Origin: a virus
Length of the DNA stretch: 64,000 bases
Reading direction: 5' to 3' (one strand)
Virus record (IMG/VR): IMGVR_UViG_3300027805_000008
Span: 1 to 64,000 of that record
The notes beneath the pieces were generated by a model. It saw nothing but the letters and a program-made list of their open reading frames with translations, searched no databases and was not told the origin of the DNA. Shown here piece by piece: positions 1-7,269 of this stretch; the first letter of the stretch is position 1; every line of letters begins with the position of its first letter. Made by a program: the position numbers and the translations under genes.

Positions 1-271
1 CTACAGTTGCGAGAACATCAGTTTCCTGATTGAATGGATTTGTGCGTAACACAAGATGAGCGTCTGAAACATCATTCCAAGATTCTGAAATGTGGTCAGT
101 CAGCGGAGATAAACGAACATTCCAGTTCGCCAACTTTGCTTCTTCAAGCATTGTTTGTGTAGTTACATCCTCATCTTGATTGAAGATTCGGTTTGCGAGA
201 TTGTGCCAAGCGGGTTTGCCACGCAAAGCAAAGGCAACATCGTTGCCATTTGTTTCTAGGTTATGAGCCAT
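1..271 (-). CDS. DUF932-family (phage/plasmid-like, TIGR03299-type) protein, 5' part only; runs off window edge
   Basis: Manual translation MAHNLETNGNDVAFALRGKPAWHNLANRIF..MLEEAKLANWNV; the MAH..PAWH.L N-terminus is typical of DUF932; RBS GAAAGGA upstream. Confidence 0.75.
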   Translation of the reverse strand, partial: MAHNLETNGNDVAFALRGKPAWHNLANRIFNQDEDVTTQTMLEEAKLANWNVRLSPLTDHISESWNDVSDAHLVLRTNPFNQETDVLATV

Positions 272-301
272 AGATTTGTCCTTTCGATTAGTTGAGTTCT
301 G

Positions 302-323
302 ATTATAGCAGGGGGGACTGACA
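302..323 (-). promoter_or_regulatory. PafBC-type (RecA-NDp) promoter TGTCAG-N10-TATAAT
   Basis: Exact motif on minus strand directly upstream of DUF932 gene; one of 13 copies. Confidence 0.85.
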
Positions 324-343
324 TTGTCTAGATTAGTTAGTCA

Positions 344-440
344 TTTGTCCGAATTGTCCAATGTGATCATTCTCACAAATTTTGGGGGATTGTGGATAAC
401 TGTCGTAAGGCTGTGGATAACCCCGCAGCTATTGCGGGCC
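344..440. promoter_or_regulatory. Regulatory module 1: GGACA direct repeat, CRP box (362-377), two DnaA boxes (391-399, 412-420), CCCGCA..TGCGGG hairpin (422-438)
   Basis: TGTGA-tcattc-TCACA; TGTGGATAA x2. Confidence 0.75.
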
Positions 441-480
441 AGCTGGGGAAATGGGGCGGAATAAGATCCGCCCCAAGACT

Positions 481-723
481 TTAGCCAAGCAATTTAGTTA
501 GTTCAGTTTTTGGTGGAAGCGACTCACGATTTATAATTAGAGCAGTTGTCTTTTTCTTTTTTAGATTATCATAAACATACGCTCTGATATTTCCGTCAAA
601 CTTACGCATATTAGAAAATACTAATTCAGTTAGGTATTCTTTATCTACACCTTGCTCTGAATAGATTGTCAAATCATTTGCCTTGTTCTCGTCATAGATT
701 TCAACACGATAACGATTTTTCAT
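481..723 (-). CDS. hypothetical early protein
   Basis: 80 aa ORF with RBS and TATAAT at 751-756. Confidence 0.7.
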   Translation of the reverse strand: MKNRYRVEIYDENKANDLTIYSEQGVDKEYLTELVFSNMRKFDGNIRAYVYDNLKKKKTTALIINRESLPPKTELTKLLG

Positions 724-792
724 TTTGTTCCTTTGTTAGTAGGGATATGAATTATAACATTGGGGGCTAGATTTTGTCTAGCCCCACCTGTA

Positions 793-975
793 TTACTTAC
801 CGATTTTTACCATAGCATAACGCATACCTGCGCCTGTATCTAATCTTAGTTTAGTTAGATTAGGGCGAACGGCGATAATCTCTGCGATTGTGCCTGTGAT
901 ACCGCTTTTGCCTGTGGTGAATACATCGCCTTTGCGATAGAAACGACCCTTAGCAACATCTAGTATTGGAGACAT
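793..975 (-). CDS. small beta-rich (SH3/KOW-like) protein; paralog of 1625-1774
   Basis: Start corrected to MSPILD after RBS GAAAGGA; motif GDVFTTGKSGITGTI. Confidence 0.65.
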   Translation of the reverse strand: MSPILDVAKGRFYRKGDVFTTGKSGITGTIAEIIAVRPNLTKLRLDTGAGMRYAMVKIGK

Positions 976-994
976 TTTATTCCTTTCGTTAGTA

Positions 995-1062
995 GGTGGG
1001 TTTGAGCAGTTTTGCGACTTACTCAGGTCGTTTGGGTTCAGGACTTTAGTTCTGCCCCCCAA
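995..1062 (-). ncRNA. candidate structured leader RNA (hairpin plus H-type pseudoknot)
   Basis: CGAC-cuGAGUAa-GUCG stem whose loop GAGUA can pair with downstream UGCUC. Confidence 0.4.
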
Positions 1063-1067
1063 ATTGC

Positions 1068-1490
1068 TTATAGATAACGAGCAATAGCGTTGTATGTGGA
1101 AGTATTTACAACTTCCTCATCTGTCATTTTGAGGATACGAATTGCGTTCGTGATTTCCTCTTTCATCTCATTGTAAGAGTGAGTATGAATTACCTCAAAA
1201 TCCTTTTCAGGTTCAGCAGGGAAAGTTCCCTCTTTTGTGATAATGTCAAAATCAACATTGAGAGTGTTGTTCCAAGAACGATAGTTTGTGCGAAGGTTCT
1301 CAGCCTTTGAGAAGTTGTCAATAGCCCACTTGCCTACTTCCTTGCGCCACTTTTCCTGAGCCTTCTGAAACTTGGCTTCGTTCTCGCCTTGTGTGGCGTA
1401 GTTCTTTTCTAACTCGGCAAGGCGTGTTTCTAGTGCCTTGATTACTTTAGGTGTAGCGATTTTCACGCTAATAGATTTTCCTCTACTCAT
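1068..1490 (-). CDS. hypothetical coiled-coil early protein
   Basis: 140 aa ORF, RBS, own PafBC-type promoter. Confidence 0.8.
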   Translation of the reverse strand: MSRGKSISVKIATPKVIKALETRLAELEKNYATQGENEAKFQKAQEKWRKEVGKWAIDNFSKAENLRTNYRSWNNTLNVDFDIITKEGTFPAEPEKDFEVIHTHSYNEMKEEITNAIRILKMTDEEVVNTSTYNAIARYL

Positions 1491-1522
1491 TTGTTTTCCC
1501 TTTCGTTTGGTTGGTTGGTTTT

Positions 1523-1544
1523 ATTGTATCAGTTGCTACTGACA
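1523..1544 (-). promoter_or_regulatory. PafBC-type promoter TGTCAG-N10-TACAAT
   Basis: exact motif. Confidence 0.85.
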
Positions 1545-1547
1545 TTT

Positions 1548-1612
1548 CACCCGAAGGTGGAGAGTTCTTACTTACGACATTGGACTAGAACACTCTCTAA
1601 ACTGTCCCTGTT
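1548..1612 (-). ncRNA. candidate structured RNA (stem-loop with possible pseudoknot, followed by cUUCGg hairpin)
   Basis: GAGAGugUUCU/AGAACUCUC stem, GGAC/GUCC loop pairing, CACC-UUCG-GGUG. Confidence 0.4.
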
Positions 1613-1624
1613 TCGTTTAGTTTG

Positions 1625-1774
1625 TTAGACTTCTACTGAAGTCCAACGCTCTGACCCATCTACATCAAGTAGCACTCTCGCCACTCCGCTAGGGTGGTTA
1701 TCTACTGCCTTGATTACTCCGACTACGCCTGACTTAGCAGTTGTAATCGTCTGACCGATTTCTAGTGTTGCCAT
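1625..1774 (-). CDS. 49 aa beta-rich protein (not in ORF track); paralog of 793-975
   Basis: MATLEIGQTITTAKSGVVGVIKAVDNHPSGVARVLLDVDGSERWTSVEV with RBS GAAAGGA. Confidence 0.7.
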   Translation of the reverse strand: MATLEIGQTITTAKSGVVGVIKAVDNHPSGVARVLLDVDGSERWTSVEV

Positions 1775-1799
1775 TTTGTTTCCTTTCGTTTAGGTGATT

Positions 1800-1875
1800 A
1801 TTATAGCGGATACTACTGACATTTAGTATCGCTAATCTCATTATTTGAGAAAGTTAGAGTGTGATACTAATCACA
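1800..1875 (-). promoter_or_regulatory. PafBC-type promoter (1800-1821) plus perfect CRP box (1860-1875)
   Basis: TGTCAG-N10-TATAAT; TGTGA-tactaa-TCACA. Confidence 0.8.
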
Positions 1876-2145
1876 CTCAGGAAGCCACGCATCTAAGTGG
1901 TGAGCCTCGATGATAGCCGATGCTGGTGCGCTTTCCTGCCCACGCCAAGTAATTGGGGCGGGTAGTGTGATAAGTCTTTGATAGTCCTCGTCATAGTATG
2001 CGTCAATAGCATCTATACAAGGTTCGACCATTGATCGTGGAACGGGTGGATAGTGATTACTTGATAAGTGGATACCGATTTGTGTTTCCAAGTCCAAGTC
2101 TAATAAGTCATTATTAGCCAAGTCATAAGCGAGATTACTCCCCAT
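1867..2145 (-). CDS. hypothetical early protein
   Basis: 92 aa ORF, translationally coupled to neighbours. Confidence 0.75.
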   Translation of the reverse strand: MGSNLAYDLANNDLLDLDLETQIGIHLSSNHYPPVPRSMVEPCIDAIDAYYDEDYQRLITLPAPITWRGQESAPASAIIEAHHLDAWLPECD

Positions 2146-2419
2146 TATTATCCTCCTCTAGGATAGTTTCTGATAGGTTGTCCATTTCATCTATTGTAGC
2201 AATAAGGTCTGACATTTCTTGCTCGGTCAATAAGATTTTAGTTACAAGGTCTGCGACTTTGCTTGATAGGGCGGCTGAATACATAAATAAGTATTTAGCA
2301 TAGACTTCATCAGGAAGTTCATTTCTGCGAGTGTGTAGTTCTCCCGCCATTCCCATTATGTCCTCATCAAAGATAGAGTTCTTGGTTGCCTCTAAGATTT
2401 CAACGGCAGTTGATAGCAT
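2135..2419 (-). CDS. hypothetical acidic helical protein
   Basis: 94 aa ORF, TAATG coupling. Confidence 0.75.
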   Translation of the reverse strand: MLSTAVEILEATKNSIFDEDIMGMAGELHTRRNELPDEVYAKYLFMYSAALSSKVADLVTKILLTEQEMSDLIATIDEMDNLSETILEEDNNGE

Positions 2420-2625
2420 TAGTTAGCCACCTTTAGAATTGCGTATGAACCGCCTGCGTTGATTTCGTCAATAGCAGGTTGGATAGCAGGAACGATAAGG
2501 TGTTTTAGCATTCCTTCTAGCATAGCAATTTGGTCATACTTAGTTAGTTGTAGGAAGCGTTGCGCTACTGGATGGGTTTCGTCAAACTCGGTAACGAAGT
2601 TTAGAGAGTGTTCTACTTTTATCAT
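2419..2625 (-). CDS. hypothetical early protein
   Basis: 68 aa ORF with RBS GAAAGG. Confidence 0.7.
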   Translation of the reverse strand: MIKVEHSLNFVTEFDETHPVAQRFLQLTKYDQIAMLEGMLKHLIVPAIQPAIDEINAGGSYAILKVAN

Positions 2626-2654
2626 TTGTTGCCTTTCGTTGTTGGTATGTGAGT

Positions 2655-2786
2655 ATTATAGCCGAAGCCACCGACAATTAGTAGCACCGCCTCGGCGTGT
2701 CGTAGCATTTGTGAGGTTTCTCACATTTTCAGGGTTATCCACAACTAAGCCGTAAGCCTGTGGAAAACCCCGCAGTTCTGCGGGCC
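2655..2786 (-). promoter_or_regulatory. Regulatory module: PafBC-type promoter (2655-2676), GTGTC/WhiA-type motif (2693-2702), CRP box (2710-2725), DnaA boxes (2735-2743, 2759-2767), CCCGCAG..CTGCGGG hairpin
   Basis: TGTCGG-N10-TATAAT; TGTGA-ggtttc-TCACA; TTATCCACA. Confidence 0.8.
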
Positions 2787-2797
2787 TAAGCCTGGAG

Positions 2798-2914
2798 CTA
2801 TTCGCTCCAGATCTCAGGGTCCACTTCTGCTAAATATTCTTTAGCAGCTTTCTTTTCTTCGTCGTTACCAACCACGGAATTTATTAATGCATTAAAGTAC
2901 TTTAGCTCCGCCAT
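2798..2914 (-). CDS. 38 aa hypothetical protein (not in ORF track)
   Basis: MAELKYFNALINSVVGNDEEKKAAKEYLAEVDPEIWSE with RBS AAGGAG. Confidence 0.6.
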   Translation of the reverse strand: MAELKYFNALINSVVGNDEEKKAAKEYLAEVDPEIWSE

Positions 2915-2927
2915 TTTTATTTCTCCT

Positions 2928-3647
2928 TTATTTTTTAGTTGCGCTAAATCTAATATCCGCTTTACCATAAACACACAATCCGCATGACACGCATGCAGAA
3001 CCGTTAGTTGAAATTAGCGGAATGCTTTTATTATTTTCAGGACACTTAGCGCCAGGCTTACCAGTTAATTCTTTCATGATACTTTCAGTCACGGCGAATG
3101 TCTTACCAAGGTAGGCCAAGCGGATACCTTGATTAAGTTTTAAATCGTGAGCAGTGTCTTTATTCTCATCATCCGTTGAATAGTAAAGAGATAGATTAGA
3201 GATATCCTTAAGAATAAGCGCTGCAGACTTTACACGTGTGTAAACCCAAAACTGCACGTCGGTGTTATTATCGATAACGGTCTTCCACGCATATGCGTAG
3301 GTATCGTTAAAGAAATCGCCGTCCCAGTGTATACGGAAGAGCATTTTAGCATTGCGCTTAACACAATCAGCCTTAAACTCTGCAATCATATCTTCAATTA
3401 GGTTAACCATTACGTGCTCATCCGCATTGCGTAGTAATTCCCAATTGTGTAAGAGAACGGCTCTTACTCCCTTGTATACCTTTTCGAGTTTTCCTGCATA
3501 GCATACGCTTTCACAAATACTAGTGGCACCAGGGCACGAGAAAGCCTTACCAGCGGGCAATCCAAAAGTGTTGGCAATTGTTGGGGTTTTTCCATTAGGG
3601 GAGACGGCATTAGCAACCTTTCGATCATTTGAACGTTTTAATTTCAT
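2928..3647 (-). CDS. GP88-family (radical-SAM-like, Cys-cluster) phage protein
   Basis: SCPGAT.IC..VCYA, RIHWDGDFF, FWVYTR, C..CGLC motifs; start moved to MKLKRS (leaderless after promoter 3655-3676). Confidence 0.75.
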   Translation of the reverse strand: MKLKRSNDRKVANAVSPNGKTPTIANTFGLPAGKAFSCPGATSICESVCYAGKLEKVYKGVRAVLLHNWELLRNADEHVMVNLIEDMIAEFKADCVKRNAKMLFRIHWDGDFFNDTYAYAWKTVIDNNTDVQFWVYTRVKSAALILKDISNLSLYYSTDDENKDTAHDLKLNQGIRLAYLGKTFAVTESIMKELTGKPGAKCPENNKSIPLISTNGSACVSCGLCVYGKADIRFSATKK

Positions 3648-3654
3648 GGGGGTA

Positions 3655-3676
3655 ATTGTAGCAGTATGGTCCGACA
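3655..3676 (-). promoter_or_regulatory. PafBC-type promoter TGTCGG-N10-TACAAT (leaderless transcript)
   Basis: exact motif, ATG 7 nt after the -10 hexamer. Confidence 0.85.
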
Positions 3677-3678
3677 TT

Positions 3679-3888
3679 TTAGTAATCCTCATCCATACCA
3701 AAGCCAGCAGAAGCAAGGGCATCAGAATCAGCCCAACCAGTTAGTTCATAGAATTCCATTTCTTCGGAATCGTAGCATTCACCACACATATAGTCATCGC
3801 CATAAATCTCATATTCTTCTTCAGAATAGAAAGTCTCAGTAGCACCACAAATTTCATGGTTCAAGCAAGCAACAATAAAAGTATTCAT
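3679..3888 (-). CDS. very acidic Cys-containing small protein
   Basis: MNTFIVAC..CGEC..DALASAGFGMDEDY; TAATG-coupled start. Confidence 0.7.
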   Translation of the reverse strand: MNTFIVACLNHEICGATETFYSEEEYEIYGDDYMCGECYDSEEMEFYELTGWADSDALASAGFGMDEDY

Positions 3889-3980
3889 TAGTAGCACTCC
3901 CCGCACATTGGATAGTAGTATTCGCCGTCATCGGTTATAAATTGGGTGGTATCTTGACCACATGAAGAACATTTGTTCAT
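3888..3980 (-). CDS. 30 aa CxxC..CxxC micro zinc-ribbon (not in ORF track)
   Basis: MNKCSSCGQDTTQFITDDGEYYYPMCGECY with RBS GAAAGG. Confidence 0.6.
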   Translation of the reverse strand: MNKCSSCGQDTTQFITDDGEYYYPMCGECY

Positions 3981-4009
3981 GAGTTGACCTTTCGTTTGTA
4001 GATATTGGA

Positions 4010-4140
4010 ATTATAGCAGGTTAGACTGACATTTTCCACGCCACGCCCAAAAATCTAGGGTGTTTTAGATCACACCCGTAACGACACGCCCGACTCCGCA
4101 GCTCTGCGGGCATCCCGCCTGTTTGTCAAGCGGGACACCT
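4010..4140 (-). promoter_or_regulatory. Regulatory module: PafBC-type promoter (4010-4031), CRP-like box (4059-4074), CGACACGCCC (4082-4091), CCGCAG..CTGCGG hairpin
   Basis: TGTCAG-N10-TATAAT; GGTGT-tttaga-TCACA. Confidence 0.75.
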
Positions 4141-4145
4141 TTTGT

Positions 4146-4382
4146 TTATTTAGAAATTGCTTTTTGTCTGCGAATTTCTTTTTGCAAATTCTTTAATTGC
4201 TTTTCTAAAACTAAAGTTCTAGCAGATGAGTATTTATAAATTCCCGCTTTCTTTGCTTCTGCTACATAGTAGCGGTCATACTCCAACTCGTGCTTTGCAA
4301 TTAGTTTGCGAATTGCATTGTTGCGAACAGTGCTCATAACTGTTTGATAGTTTTTAGTTCCTGATTTAATTGGCTTAGCCAT
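4146..4382 (-). CDS. basic hypothetical protein
   Basis: 78 aa Lys/Arg-rich ORF with RBS. Confidence 0.7.
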   Translation of the reverse strand: MAKPIKSGTKNYQTVMSTVRNNAIRKLIAKHELEYDRYYVAEAKKAGIYKYSSARTLVLEKQLKNLQKEIRRQKAISK

Positions 4383-4385
4383 TTC

Positions 4386-4520
4386 TTATTCCCTTTCGTT
4401 TTTATTTTTGTGTTTTAGTTTGCGTGTGTATTTCTTTTTATTGCGAACAGGTTGCGCCGCATTACTACGACGCAATTCCTGAATGCGTTTTACCTTATCT
4501 CGAAGTGAAGTTTGGAACAT
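4386..4520 (-). CDS. 44 aa highly basic protein with ArfA-like KKxYxRKxKH motif (not in ORF track)
   Basis: MFQTSLRDKVKRIQELRRSNAAQPVRNKKKYTRKLKHKNKNERE. Confidence 0.6.
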   Translation of the reverse strand: MFQTSLRDKVKRIQELRRSNAAQPVRNKKKYTRKLKHKNKNERE

Positions 4521-4686
4521 TGTATCCACTCGCTTCGTGAAATCGCTTTACATCAAATCTAGGATTATCTTTCGCAAACATTTCTGCAAAATCATTTACC
4601 ATTTTAGAAAATAAAGCGGGGTGAGTTTTATTGCTCGCATACTTTAGAATTTCTGCGGTTGCTATGTAATCTTTGCGTGTCATCAT
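4495..4686 (-). CDS. MTRKDY-type small phage protein; paralog of 7470-7640
   Basis: MMTRKDY..A.IL...DFA.MFA.DN..F. Confidence 0.75.
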   Translation of the reverse strand: MMTRKDYIATAEILKYASNKTHPALFSKMVNDFAEMFAKDNPRFDVKRFHEASGYNVPNFTSR

Positions 4687-4889
4687 TTTACAACGACCTT
4701 TCTGCCTTCACGATAAAATACTTTCGTGTAGCATTTTCCGCTAGGTGTATAAAGATTTACAGTTGAGTATTCGTTAGCAAATCCCCAATCGGTGAATAGA
4801 AAAAAGTTTTCCCAAGCCCCGTATTCGTTTTCGTATTCAGCAGACCAATGCGGAGCATTAGAGTCATAAGCGCAAGTTAGTTTATACAT
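4683..4889 (-). CDS. hypothetical early protein
   Basis: 68 aa ORF, RBS. Confidence 0.7.
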   Translation of the reverse strand: MYKLTCAYDSNAPHWSAEYENEYGAWENFFLFTDWGFANEYSTVNLYTPSGKCYTKVFYREGRKVVVK

Positions 4890-4936
4890 TTAGGTTTTCC
4901 CTTTCGTTAGTTGAGCATAAGCATTTATTTATAGTT

Positions 4937-4958
4937 ATTGTATCACCTACCACCGACA
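4937..4958 (-). promoter_or_regulatory. PafBC-type promoter TGTCGG-N10-TACAAT
   Basis: exact motif. Confidence 0.8.
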
Positions 4959-5001
4959 AGGTGGCAAGTGTTGAGCAATTGTCGCAGATAAAGATTTCCA
5001 T

Positions 5002-5148
5002 TTATTTATTCTCCTGAAAAAATCCAAGAGGATTACATTGACAAGCCTCTACATCAAACATTTCTTCGTTGCCGTAGTATAGCCAGCCTTTGCCGTAGCA
5101 GGTATCACACTCTAAAATCTGAGTGTATAATTCTTTCATTCTTCCCAT
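5002..5148 (-). CDS. 48 aa CxxC..CxC zinc-binding protein (not in ORF track)
   Basis: MGRMKELYTQILECDTCYGKGWLYYGNEEMFDVEACQCNPLGFFQENK with RBS. Confidence 0.65.
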   Translation of the reverse strand: MGRMKELYTQILECDTCYGKGWLYYGNEEMFDVEACQCNPLGFFQENK

Positions 5149-5180
5149 TTTAGTTTTCCTTTCGTGTTTTGATAAATCAG

Positions 5181-5202
5181 ATTATAGCACCGACTACCGA
5201 CA
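5181..5202 (-). promoter_or_regulatory. PafBC-type promoter TGTCGG-N10-TATAAT
   Basis: exact motif. Confidence 0.85.
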
Positions 5203-5203
5203 T

Positions 5204-5347
5204 TTATTCGGCTTCGGGGGTGTGGAATAAGGCTCCCTCATTTAGCAAGCCTAATTCAATGTTGAACATTTCATCGGGGGTGGCTTCGGATAAATCTACC
5301 CAGCCAGCGCCGTTTTCATTCATTCTAAAAATTTCAATGTATCCCAT
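5204..5347 (-). CDS. 47 aa acidic protein (not in ORF track)
   Basis: MGYIEIFRMNENGAGWVDLSEATPDEMFNIELGLLNEGALFHTPEAE. Confidence 0.6.
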   Translation of the reverse strand: MGYIEIFRMNENGAGWVDLSEATPDEMFNIELGLLNEGALFHTPEAE

Positions 5348-5349
5348 TA

Positions 5350-5556
5350 TTATTCACCTACCTTTACTGCGATTGTTGCGAATTTATTTCGCAGACCGCC
5401 AGTTCTAATTTCGATTAGATAGGCTTCAGTATTTTCGCCATACCAAATTTCTGGGCGAGGTTCTGCTGAAACAATTTCGCCCTGAAAGTGGCGATTAGTT
5501 GAGCGATAGTTTTTCCCTACAAGTAGGCTTTCGATTGTGTATAGTTTGGTAGCCAT
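5350..5556 (-). CDS. small beta-barrel-like protein; paralog of 6561-6776
   Basis: YTIESLLVGKNY..AE.R...EAY.I..R...ATIAV. Confidence 0.7.
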   Translation of the reverse strand: MATKLYTIESLLVGKNYRSTNRHFQGEIVSAEPRPEIWYGENTEAYLIEIRTGGLRNKFATIAVKVGE

Positions 5557-5591
5557 TGGCAGACCTTCTTTCGTTTGTTGTTATGTATGGA

Positions 5592-5806
5592 ATTATACAC
5601 GAACGGACTGACATTTTCACATTACTAGCCAGTAAATCCAAATAGTGAGACGCTCAAGCCGTGTGATACTAATCACATAAAAATGTCCGATTTGTCTGTC
5701 AAGCCGACACGCCGCAGAATTCAGGGATTTTTATAACGAGTTCATAACGACACGCCCGACCCCGTGCCTTTGCGGGCCAGCTTGATTTTGTCAAGCCGAC
5801 ACGCCG
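5592..5806 (-). promoter_or_regulatory. Regulatory module: PafBC-type promoter (5592-5613), CRP box (5662-5677), GACA repeat, three GACACGCC motifs, ATAACGA direct repeat, CCCG..CGGG hairpin
   Basis: TGTCAG-N10-TATAAT; TGTGA-tactaa-TCACA; GACAC at 5706, 5749, 5798. Confidence 0.8.
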
Positions 5807-5813
5807 TTAGTTA

Positions 5814-6005
5814 TTAAATATTTTCATTTTCTTTTATTGCATCTTCAAAATCTAACAGTGATTGGTGATACGCAACTGGATCACATTCTCGCAAAATTTG
5901 AGACGGATAAAATTTTAAGTAACCAATTTCAACAACTGGATAAGCCTCGTCTAACATTTCGTCAAACATTGTTTTAATTTCAAAAGCAGTTTCAAAATCT
6001 AACAT
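5814..6005 (-). CDS. acidic small phage protein
   Basis: FDEMLDEAYP....ILRECDPVAY. Confidence 0.7.
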   Translation of the reverse strand: MLDFETAFEIKTMFDEMLDEAYPVVEIGYLKFYPSQILRECDPVAYHQSLLDFEDAIKENENI

Positions 6006-6109
6006 TATTTATTTTCCTTTGAGTTAGTAGCGGATAGAATTGCGAGAGCCTCTTTTTTAGAAGCCTCTCGTTGCGCTATAACAAGCGCCTTATATTCATC
6101 AAGTTTCAT
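5999..6109 (-). CDS. 36 aa helical peptide; paralog of 6776-6880 (not in ORF track)
   Basis: MKLDEYKALVIAQREASKKEALAILSAT.. Confidence 0.65.
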
Positions 6110-6310
6110 TTATTTAACCTCCAAACAATTTACGCAAAAGCATTTTGGGCTTTCGCTAATTAAGATTTTTAACAACGCTTTGCGTTGCCAAATGCTAAGA
6201 CCATAGGTGCTTTTAGCACCGCCATTATTCCAATCGTGCAAGATACGATTTTCTAACGCACCAGATATTCCTAGTGCTAATCCGATATTTGTTTTTTCTA
6301 GTGTAGTCAT
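6110..6310 (-). CDS. small Cys-containing protein; paralog of 6880-7035
   Basis: NRILHDWNNGG..RKALLK..CxCxxC; start corrected to MTTLEK. Confidence 0.7.
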   Translation of the reverse strand: MTTLEKTNIGLALGISGALENRILHDWNNGGAKSTYGLSIWQRKALLKILISESPKCFCVNCLEVK

Positions 6311-6344
6311 TTGAGACCACCTTTCTTTATTTTCTAATACTAGT

Positions 6345-6557
6345 ATTCTAGCAGGGGGGTCTGACATTTACTGACCAGTAATCGGTCAAATCGGACATTT
6401 TGAAATGTGTTTAGTATCACATCATTTTTTTACGCTCAAATTCCTGGGGTGTTTAATATCACATCATAAGCGACACGCCCGAGCCCGCAAAAGACTGCGG
6501 GCCGATCTGAGCAAAGTCAAGCCGACACGCCGTTGTGTCGGTATGATTTACATCACA
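6345..6557 (-). promoter_or_regulatory. Regulatory module: PafBC-type promoter (6345-6366), GGACA motif, three CRP-like boxes (6406-6421, 6448-6463, 6542-6557), GACAC motifs, CCCGCA..TGCGGG hairpin (6484-6501)
   Basis: TGTCAG-N10-TAGAAT; N5-N6-TCACA boxes. Confidence 0.75.
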
Positions 6558-6560
6558 ATT

Positions 6561-6776
6561 TCAGTAATCTGAAATTCTAACGGCAACCGTAGCCCACTCA
6601 TCTCTGAGTGATCCCGTTGGGCGATAACGAATAGCAAAAGCCTCATAGCCCTCTGGTGGATAAACATCTTCACGCTTTTCTGCGTGGTTGATAATTCCAC
6701 CATTGAAACGGCGGCGTAGCGAAGTAGGCTTGTAGTATTGGTCTACAAGTAAATCAACGATTGAATAACCTCTCAT
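6561..6776 (-). CDS. small beta-barrel-like protein; paralog of 5350-5556
   Basis: YSIVDLLVDQYY..AEKRE..EAFAIRYR..ATVAV. Confidence 0.7.
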   Translation of the reverse strand: MRGYSIVDLLVDQYYKPTSLRRRFNGGIINHAEKREDVYPPEGYEAFAIRYRPTGSLRDEWATVAVRISDY

Positions 6777-6880
6777 TATTCACTCTCCTTTTTGATAGTA
6801 GCGGATAGGATTTCAAGCGCCTCTTTTTTAGACGCTTCACGTTGTTCAATAACGTGTTTTTTGAATTCTTCTAAATTCAT
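6776..6880 (-). CDS. 34 aa helical peptide; paralog of 5999-6109 (not in ORF track)
   Basis: MNLEEFKKHVIEQREASKKEALEILSATIKKESE, TAATG-coupled at both ends. Confidence 0.7.
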   Translation of the reverse strand: MNLEEFKKHVIEQREASKKEALEILSATIKKESE

Positions 6881-7035
6881 TATTTAGCACACTCGCAATC
6901 TTTATGAGTAGGGATAGAAAATAAATACTTTAGCAAAGCCTTACGCTCTGATAAAGAAATTTCGGGGTGAAAGTTTTTCACTCCACCGTGTTGATAATCA
7001 AACACAATTTTATTGAAAGTTTTTTCGGATAACAT
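6880..7035 (-). CDS. small protein; paralog of 6110-6310
   Basis: NKIVFDYQHGG..RKALLK..DCEC. Confidence 0.65.
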   Translation of the reverse strand: MLSEKTFNKIVFDYQHGGVKNFHPEISLSERKALLKYLFSIPTHKDCECAK

Positions 7036-7037
7036 TA

Positions 7038-7220
7038 TTACATCACCCAACTTTCTTGAGTGTATGATAACCACTCACCAAGAGTCATCAAACCCTTGTA
7101 TTCATTACATTTTCCGCAAAAGATTTCATTTGCGTAGTCTGAGCAAAAAGCGCAGACGATTAGATTTGCCTCATCGGCACTTACATTTGAGAGAGTAATC
7201 TCTCTGATTAGTGTAGTCAT
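7038..7220 (-). CDS. CxxC..CxxC zinc-ribbon small protein
   Basis: CAFC..CGKC; RBS GAAAGGTGG. Confidence 0.7.
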   Translation of the reverse strand: MTTLIREITLSNVSADEANLIVCAFCSDYANEIFCGKCNEYKGLMTLGEWLSYTQESWVM

Positions 7221-7269
7221 TATTGACCACCTTTCTTGAAATAACCTTTATTTCATCTTGATACCTAGT

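Noticed and set aside
751-772. Possible 14th PafBC-type promoter
   Set aside because: The -10 TATAAT is present, but the -26 position reads ATCTAG instead of TGTCRG and lies within a terminator-like hairpin
5219-5230. GTGTGGAATAA as a DnaA box
   Set aside because: Imperfect and inside a coding region
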